This document shows positions 6,070 to 11,363 of a stretch of 11,363 bases of DNA, one piece after another. Every line of letters starts with the position of its first letter. The first letter of the stretch is position 1. The DNA lies in assembly GCA_040767085.1 (NCBI GenBank), contig JAXGPF010000002.1:1-11363 (forward strand). The letters run 5' to 3'. The notes beneath the pieces are model-generated. The model had not been told where the DNA came from and ran no database searches. It saw only the letters and a list, made by a program, of their open reading frames with translations. Source of the stretch: Kiritimatiellia bacterium (GTDB taxonomy: Bacteria; Verrucomicrobiota; Kiritimatiellia; JAAZAB01). Made by a program: the position numbers and the translations under genes.

Positions 6070-7881
6070 ATGCAAGACGACGATTCCTTGTCCACGGTGC
6101 AGGCGCGGGTGGTGACAACCCGTGAACTGCCGGAAAAATACATGCAACGTCCGGATGGCGTCTGGTTTCTTGATTTCGGTCGGGACGCTTTTGGCACCCT
6201 GGAATTAGATATTCCGGTGAAAAACATCGCGCCCATGGTTGTGCGGCTGGGTGAAGTGCCGTCGGCAAGTGGGGATGCCCTGTTCGTGCCTGCACCCGGT
6301 TCACCGGCCTGCAGCCGGCGGTTCCGCGAGTTGCGGCTGAAAATTTCGCCCGGACAACGCTGCCGGGTTGCATTGCCGTGCCCGGCGGCCGGCGATGACT
6401 ATCAAACCCGGGGCTATGATTGCACGGGCGCGCGGACGATCGCCTCCCCCGCGCATATCGGCGAGATGATGCCGTTCCGCTATGTGGAGATTGCCGGAGC
6501 GCCGGCGGGATTCCGTCCGGAGCAAGTCACGCGGATCATGGCGCATTATCCATTCAATGACCAGGCCGCGGAATTCCAGTCAGCCGATGTGAAATTGAAC
6601 CGGGTCTGGGATTTCTGCAAGTATACCGTTAAGGCCGCCAGTTGTTTCGGGATTTACATTGACGGCGACCGTGAACGCCTGGTGTACGCCGGCGATGCCT
6701 GGATTGCCCAGCTGGCGCATGCGGTGCTCGACCGCGATTACACGCTGGGTCGCGTCACGCTGGCGCGGGTGCTGGAGGAGGGTTGCTGGTGTTATGAATG
6801 GGCGCTGGTGACACCCGCCATGGCCTGGACGGATTATCAACACACCGGCGACCGGGAATTTTTACGGCGCCATTATGACGCGCTCAAGCCCATGGCATTG
6901 TGCGACTTGAAACGCGCCGATGGGCTGCTGGTCACGGGCGAACTGCTCCGGCCGCATCCCCTGTTCGACAAGTTGCATAATCGCGACAGAATATTCCGCG
7001 ACCTGGTGGATTGGCCCGCGGTGTTGCGCGATGGATGTGAAATCGGGCGGGTAAACATTTGCGTCAATGTCCTGCACTGGCACGCCTTGTGCTGTCTGGC
7101 GGATATCGCGACGGCGCTGGGACGCGGCCAGGAATCCGCCGGCCTGCGTGCGGAAGCGGTCCGCGTGGCCGGCGCCATCCGGCGCGTTTTTCTCGATGCC
7201 ACCCGGGGATTGTTTGTGGACTGCGAAGGCGGGACGCACAGTTCGCTGCATGCCAACGCCTTGCCCTTGGCGCGGGGACTGGCCGATCGGGAGCAAGCGC
7301 CGCGCATCGCGGAATTTCTAGCGGCACGCGGCATGCAATGCGGACTGTGGGGCGCGCTCTTCCTGCTGGAGGCATTATTCCGCGCCGGATTGGCCGACCG
7401 GGCGCGCGCGTTGATGACCGCGGATGGCGACCGCAGTTGGCTGGGCATGCTGCGCCAGGGCGCCACCATGACCATGGAGTGCTGGAATGACGCGCTGAAG
7501 CCCAACCAAACCTGGGGGCATGTCTGGGGCGCCTCTCCGGCGCATATTATTGCCCGATGTTTGATGGGAGTGCGCCCCTTGGCGCCCGGATTCGCGAAAG
7601 CCCTGATTGCGCCGCAGCCCGGCAGTCTGGCCGCCGCGCGTCTGCGAACTCCGACCATCCATGGCGGCATCGCCGTGCAGTTTGAACGGACGGCAAACAC
7701 ATTCCGGCTGGAATTGGAAATCCCTGACGGCATGACCGCGGAAGCGCGGATTCCGACACCGCCCGGCATGCGCCCGGCGCACGCCGATGGCTTTGCTATC
7801 ACACCGGATACGCGCCAGCTTGTCCGGCAAAACATTGCGCCGGGCCGCCATGTGTTTGATGCGGCATTCCATCCGGGCTAG
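6070..7881 (+). CDS. GH78 alpha-L-rhamnosidase-like glycoside hydrolase
   Basis: LDFGRDAFG, PFRYVEI, LNRVWDFCKYT, YIDGDRERLVYAGDA, LVDWP, GATMTMECW, HVWGASPA and GVRPLAPGF...IAPQPG motifs of the (alpha/alpha)6 rhamnosidase family. ATG at 6070 (frame opens at TTG 6052). Confidence 0.88.
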   Translation: MQDDDSLSTVQARVVTTRELPEKYMQRPDGVWFLDFGRDAFGTLELDIPVKNIAPMVVRLGEVPSASGDALFVPAPGSPACSRRFRELRLKISPGQRCRVALPCPAAGDDYQTRGYDCTGARTIASPAHIGEMMPFRYVEIAGAPAGFRPEQVTRIMAHYPFNDQAAEFQSADVKLNRVWDFCKYTVKAASCFGIYIDGDRERLVYAGDAWIAQLAHAVLDRDYTLGRVTLARVLEEGCWCYEWALVTPAMAWTDYQHTGDREFLRRHYDALKPMALCDLKRADGLLVTGELLRPHPLFDKLHNRDRIFRDLVDWPAVLRDGCEIGRVNICVNVLHWHALCCLADIATALGRGQESAGLRAEAVRVAGAIRRVFLDATRGLFVDCEGGTHSSLHANALPLARGLADREQAPRIAEFLAARGMQCGLWGALFLLEALFRAGLADRARALMTADGDRSWLGMLRQGATMTMECWNDALKPNQTWGHVWGASPAHIIARCLMGVRPLAPGFAKALIAPQPGSLAAARLRTPTIHGGIAVQFERTANTFRLELEIPDGMTAEARIPTPPGMRPAHADGFAITPDTRQLVRQNIAPGRHVFDAAFHPG

Positions 7882-7907
7882 CCGGTTACGTATAATCTGA
7901 TACGCAC

Positions 7908-7947
7908 TTGACATTCCACGCGAAGTCAGGTTAATTAGTTTCCTGAC
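7908..7947 (+). promoter_or_regulatory. Putative promoter with inverted-repeat operator GTCAGG-N11-CCTGAC
   Basis: TTGACA at 7908-7913 and AT-rich TTAATT 17 nt later (7931-7936), bracketed by inverted arms at 7925-7930 and 7942-7947. GGAGGG RBS precedes ATG 7966. Confidence 0.55.
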
Positions 7948-7965
7948 AAGAAACATTATGGAGGG

Positions 7966-8154
7966 ATGGCCATGTTGCTGGTTGATTTTGGGCGGGAGCG
8001 GGGAGTCATCCGGCGTTTGAATGGCGTCAACCTGGCGCCGCGGCTTTATGCCAGCGGCATGAAAGCCTGGCAGGGGATGAATGCCGCGTACAAGGCGTTG
8101 AATATTCCGATCGCCCGGTTTCACGATGCGCCGCTGGACATCTCCCGGAATTGA
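7966..8154 (+). pseudogene. 5' remnant of a GH39-like glycoside hydrolase
   Basis: VDFGRERGVIRRLNGVN...YKALNIPIARFHDAPL resembles the N-terminus (VDF...G.I...hGVN ... l.ip..R.HD) of GH39-like TIM-barrel enzymes, which are several hundred aa long. It stops after 62 aa despite a good RBS. Confidence 0.7.
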
Positions 8155-8163
8155 CGGTATAAT
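8135..8163 (+). promoter_or_regulatory. Near-consensus sigma70 promoter TGGACA-N17-TATAAT upstream of the MBL/HAD pair
   Basis: TGGACA at 8135-8140 and TATAAT at 8158-8163 with a 17-nt spacer. Confidence 0.65.
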
Positions 8164-8249
8164 CTTGTACGGTGGCGGCAGGCGTGGTATGAATACCTTG
8201 TCAGTGAGGCGGCCAACTCATCCCTGGTTGCACCGGATACGCTTTCAAG

Positions 8250-9071
8250 ATGAAACTTTTATTTCTCGGGACAGGCGCCGGTGAAATGTGGCCGGCGCCA
8301 TTTTGCCAATGCCGCGTCTGCCAGGCGGCGCGCCGGGCCGGCCGGATCATGGGTTGCGCCTCGGTGTTAGTCGATGGCCGGTACCTTTTTGACGCGCCTT
8401 CCGGCCTGGGCATGAATCTCGCCCTGTTGAAAGTCGAGCCGAAATTTCCGTTCCATATCTTTATTTCACATTCCCACCAGGACCATTTCGATCCGCAGGA
8501 GGTGGTTTCGGCGCGGTTACAGCGCCGGCGCGGGATGACCTTGTACCTCAACCGGACTTCCGCCGGCCTCTTGCGCCACTATGCGCGGTTCAACCGGTTC
8601 CGTGATTTCAGCCGAAAGCGCCCGGATTACCATGTCCGCGTCCTCGCTCCATTCCGTCCTGTGCGTGTGGATGCCAGGGCGACAGTCCTGCCCATTCCGG
8701 CTGATCACGATCGAACCAATCGTGAAACACCCTTGAATTACATCTTGCATGTCGGGCGGAAATCCCTGTTATATGCCTGCGACACGGGATGGTATTCCGA
8801 TCGTTCCTGGTCGGCCGTGGCCCGCTGCCGGTTGGCGGCGGTGGTGCTGGAGTGCACCTGCCTGCGGACCGTGACCGGCGGAAGCAAGCACCTGGATTTC
8901 GAGCATTTCCTTCTGTTCGTTGAAAAATTGCGTCAACTGGAATGCCTGGCGCCGCGCACACCGATTATCGCCACGCATTTCAACCTGCATGATTATGATT
9001 CCCGCAAAATCGCGCGCTTGCGGCGGCAGGGCATAGTGATTGCCCGGCGGGGGATGGAATGCGTGTTTTGA
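8250..9071 (+). CDS. Metallo-beta-lactamase-fold hydrolase, PhnP-like phosphodiesterase
   Basis: MKLLFLGTGA start, CxCxxC structural-zinc motif (FCQCRVC), HSHQDH metal motif, and ADH, YACDTG, LECT, KHL and ATHF motifs. Confidence 0.9.
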   Translation: MKLLFLGTGAGEMWPAPFCQCRVCQAARRAGRIMGCASVLVDGRYLFDAPSGLGMNLALLKVEPKFPFHIFISHSHQDHFDPQEVVSARLQRRRGMTLYLNRTSAGLLRHYARFNRFRDFSRKRPDYHVRVLAPFRPVRVDARATVLPIPADHDRTNRETPLNYILHVGRKSLLYACDTGWYSDRSWSAVARCRLAAVVLECTCLRTVTGGSKHLDFEHFLLFVEKLRQLECLAPRTPIIATHFNLHDYDSRKIARLRRQGIVIARRGMECVF

Positions 9072-9883
9072 AGGCGGTATTCTGCGATGTGGATGGAACG
9101 TTAACCGGGCATGCCGAGAAGCCGACGGATGCGGATATCCGGGCCTCCATCCGTCGCTTGCGGCAGCGGGGTGTCTTGTTCGGTATAGCCACATCCCATG
9201 CCTTCGATGAGCCGCTGACGCGCCGCTTTGTGAAATACTATGCCTTCGACTGCATGGCGCTGGAAAACGGCTCCGATTTGTATGTGCGCCAGGATGGAGG
9301 CCGCTACACGCAACTTGCCTCATTCCAGGCCGGAACCGCGCGGCGCCGGCGGCAGTTGGGCCTGCTGGCCGGCCTGCTGCGGGGATGGGCCCGCCAGGGC
9401 GATGGCCCGCCACTGCAGTTCGGCGCGGCGCCGGACCGCGCGGAAGAATTAACGGTGGGAACCTGCCGGCTGACGGCGCAGTATCGCCAGGCGTCCATTT
9501 TACTGCGGACGCGGGAAGCGCATGGCGATTTGCGTCCGCTGATCCGTAAATTGCGCGCGGCGGCCGGGCAAAACGGGTGGCGCTTGAAGTTCATTGAGCC
9601 TCGCCGGGATTTTGTGGAAATTGCAGTGGCCAACAAGGCGGAAGGAGTGCGGGCGCTATGCCGGCATTACGGCGTAACGCCCCGGCATATCGCCGCGATC
9701 GGCGATGGCGAAAACGACCTGGAAATGCTGGCCATGGCCGGCCTGCCGGCTTGTCCGTCCGATGTGCCTCCGGCGCTCAAGCGGATCGTCCGCCAACAAC
9801 GCGGCCTGATCGGGCCGGGGGCGGAGTATGTCGGTGTCCGGCATATCCTGCGGATTTTGGCGGACAGGCCTGGCGGAGCCTGA
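9059..9883 (+). CDS. HAD-superfamily subfamily IIB (Cof/SPP-like) phosphatase
   Basis: Motif I DVDGTLT, motif II GIATS, ENGS, motif III NKAEG and motif IV IGDGENDLEM. Overlaps the upstream gene by 13 nt. Confidence 0.9.
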   Translation: MRVLKAVFCDVDGTLTGHAEKPTDADIRASIRRLRQRGVLFGIATSHAFDEPLTRRFVKYYAFDCMALENGSDLYVRQDGGRYTQLASFQAGTARRRRQLGLLAGLLRGWARQGDGPPLQFGAAPDRAEELTVGTCRLTAQYRQASILLRTREAHGDLRPLIRKLRAAAGQNGWRLKFIEPRRDFVEIAVANKAEGVRALCRHYGVTPRHIAAIGDGENDLEMLAMAGLPACPSDVPPALKRIVRQQRGLIGPGAEYVGVRHILRILADRPGGA

Positions 9884-9944
9884 TACGGAGCCGCGGCGTT
9901 CATTTGGCGACTGCATCAGTTCTTTGGATCAAGGCCGGCGGCAA

Positions 9945-11363
9945 TCATTCCAGGACCACCATGGCATGGGACTCCACCTTCGGCGCCGTGCATACAATTC
10001 GGCCGTCGGATTGTTTTTCCATGACCAGTTCGCGCATTTCCGGCGCCTGGTAAGCGCGCTTGATCCTGTCGCCGGGGTCCGGCCGGTAGGCCACCCGGAC
10101 ATCGTGCGCCGGCAGGAATGATTGCGGCTCAAACACGTCGGGGCTGATATATTCCGACAGTTCGCAACGCAGCGGCGCGGACTGGAAATTGACCAGGTGG
10201 ATGATAATCCGCCCCGCATTATCCCGGAAGGCGGTGGCTTCGATGGCCGCCGGCCCGTCAACAACAATCCGTTCCCTGCCGGCAAAGGCCCAGCGCAGGG
10301 CGTTGGTCAAAATGGGATGGGCATAGGCAAACCCGGTTGCGCGGTACAAATCGCCGAATTTCGCGGCCAGATACACGGAACGCCCCCGCCCGAATTCATG
10401 CAACACCGCCAGATCCGACACAGCCGCGTAGTCCTGTCTGTGTTCGCCCATGTTGCAATTGCAGGATGCGAATTCCGGCACATGCTGTTCCAGGCGGCCG
10501 GCGCCCGCCGGCCGCTGGAGGAATTCTCCGGTGCATGCGGCGCCGGCGCGCGCGTGCACCAGCAGCACCGGCGTCAGCAGCGCGGATGTTTCCCTGATGC
10601 CGGCGCTCAGCGGGCCATTGGGCGGCAGGCGCATGAATCCATACCCGGCGGATTTTTTGAGCTCGGCGATTTTGGATTGTAGCCGGTAATCGCCGCCGGG
10701 CCCGGCGGACTCGAAATCAACGCCGAAGACATCCGCCAGCGCAAAATTCCCGCGCGCGGCGCCGTCCGGGTCGCACAGCGAACTGTTGAAGGTGGCGACG
10801 ATCGCGCCGCCGCCGGCGACGTAATTCCGGACCGCTGCTGCATCGGCCTCGCTCAGGCAGGCCGCCGCCGGCATCACCACCACCTTATAGCGCTCCCAGC
10901 CGCCACAGCGCAGGTGCCGGAGTCCGACGAGATCGAAAGGCATGCCGCTCTCCAGCAATATCCTGAAGCAGCCCATGAATTCGTCCGAATAAAGCCGGGT
11001 TTCGTCGCGGCCGTAAAAAATCTTGCTGTCTTCGGAATAAAACAGCGCCAAATCCGCCAGCGATTCCTGCCGGCCGGCCAGCCAGCCGGCGCGGCGCTTG
11101 ATTTCCGCCGCGATGTCGGCATAGCTTTCCATGACCGCGGCATCCAGCGCGCGGTCGGCCGGCAGCGGTTTGTAGCAGATATCCACGTTCCAGGTCAGAT
11201 TGTTCGCTACGGTGGACATGGCCGCGTTCAAGCGCACGGCGCGGCTTTTCACCGGCAGCGCGCCGGCCCCGCTGGGCCATGTCAGAAAAGGCTGCATGCC
11301 GCCGATCAGCTCGGCCTTTTCGGAACTGTAGGCGCGGAACAGGCGTGCGTAGAGCGGCGTATT
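9945..11363 (-). CDS. Glycoside-hydrolase-like protein with beta-galactosidase (GH42) trimerisation/GATase-like domain; 5' end outside the window
   Basis: The frame stays open from 11297 to the window edge (NTPLYARLFRAYSSEKAELIGGMQ...). Motifs LALFYS, LLESGMPFDLV, YKVVVMPAAACLS, YVAGGGAIVATF, LADVFGV, FGRGRSVYL and IIHLVN. Confidence 0.8.
   Translation of the reverse strand, partial: NTPLYARLFRAYSSEKAELIGGMQPFLTWPSGAGALPVKSRAVRLNAAMSTVANNLTWNVDICYKPLPADRALDAAVMESYADIAAEIKRRAGWLAGRQESLADLALFYSEDSKIFYGRDETRLYSDEFMGCFRILLESGMPFDLVGLRHLRCGGWERYKVVVMPAAACLSEADAAAVRNYVAGGGAIVATFNSSLCDPDGAARGNFALADVFGVDFESAGPGGDYRLQSKIAELKKSAGYGFMRLPPNGPLSAGIRETSALLTPVLLVHARAGAACTGEFLQRPAGAGRLEQHVPEFASCNCNMGEHRQDYAAVSDLAVLHEFGRGRSVYLAAKFGDLYRATGFAYAHPILTNALRWAFAGRERIVVDGPAAIEATAFRDNAGRIIIHLVNFQSAPLRCELSEYISPDVFEPQSFLPAHDVRVAYRPDPGDRIKRAYQAPEMRELVMEKQSDGRIVCTAPKVESHAMVVLE

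Noticed and set aside
6873..8124. Minus-strand ORFs of 320 and 249 aa
   Set aside because: They overlap the well-supported GH78 gene in antisense and have no recognisable domains.
9884..9944. Bidirectional intrinsic terminator between the convergent genes
   Set aside because: I could not find a convincing GC stem with a U-tract on either strand.

Overview
GC-rich bacterial chromosomal window of accessory, mostly carbohydrate-catabolic genes. The gene content is reminiscent of PVC-superphylum glycan degraders such as Kiritimatiellota or Lentisphaerota (inference only). On the + strand, in order: an XRE-HTH/cupin regulator flanked by two matching GTTTC-N7-GAAAC operators; an 11-unit G-rich octamer tandem repeat; a frameshifted ~660-aa glycoside-hydrolase-like gene; a neutral-ceramidase-family hydrolase; an SDR oxidoreductase; a GH78 alpha-L-rhamnosidase-like enzyme; and an overlapping PhnP-like metallo-beta-lactamase-fold hydrolase / HAD-IIB phosphatase pair. 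On the - strand lies the 3' part of a GH42-trimerisation-domain-like protein that runs off the window. Four short gene remnants sit between the intact genes: a DegT-like aminotransferase 5' stub, a cysteine synthase 5' stub fused out of frame to an amidohydrolase 3' piece absent from the ORF track, and a GH39-like 5' stub. There is also an orphan antisense sigma70-like promoter. Together these suggest serial deletion or rearrangement, though misassembly is not excluded. I saw no rRNA, tRNA, CRISPR array or transposase. Family calls come from motif recognition by eye, not from database searches.
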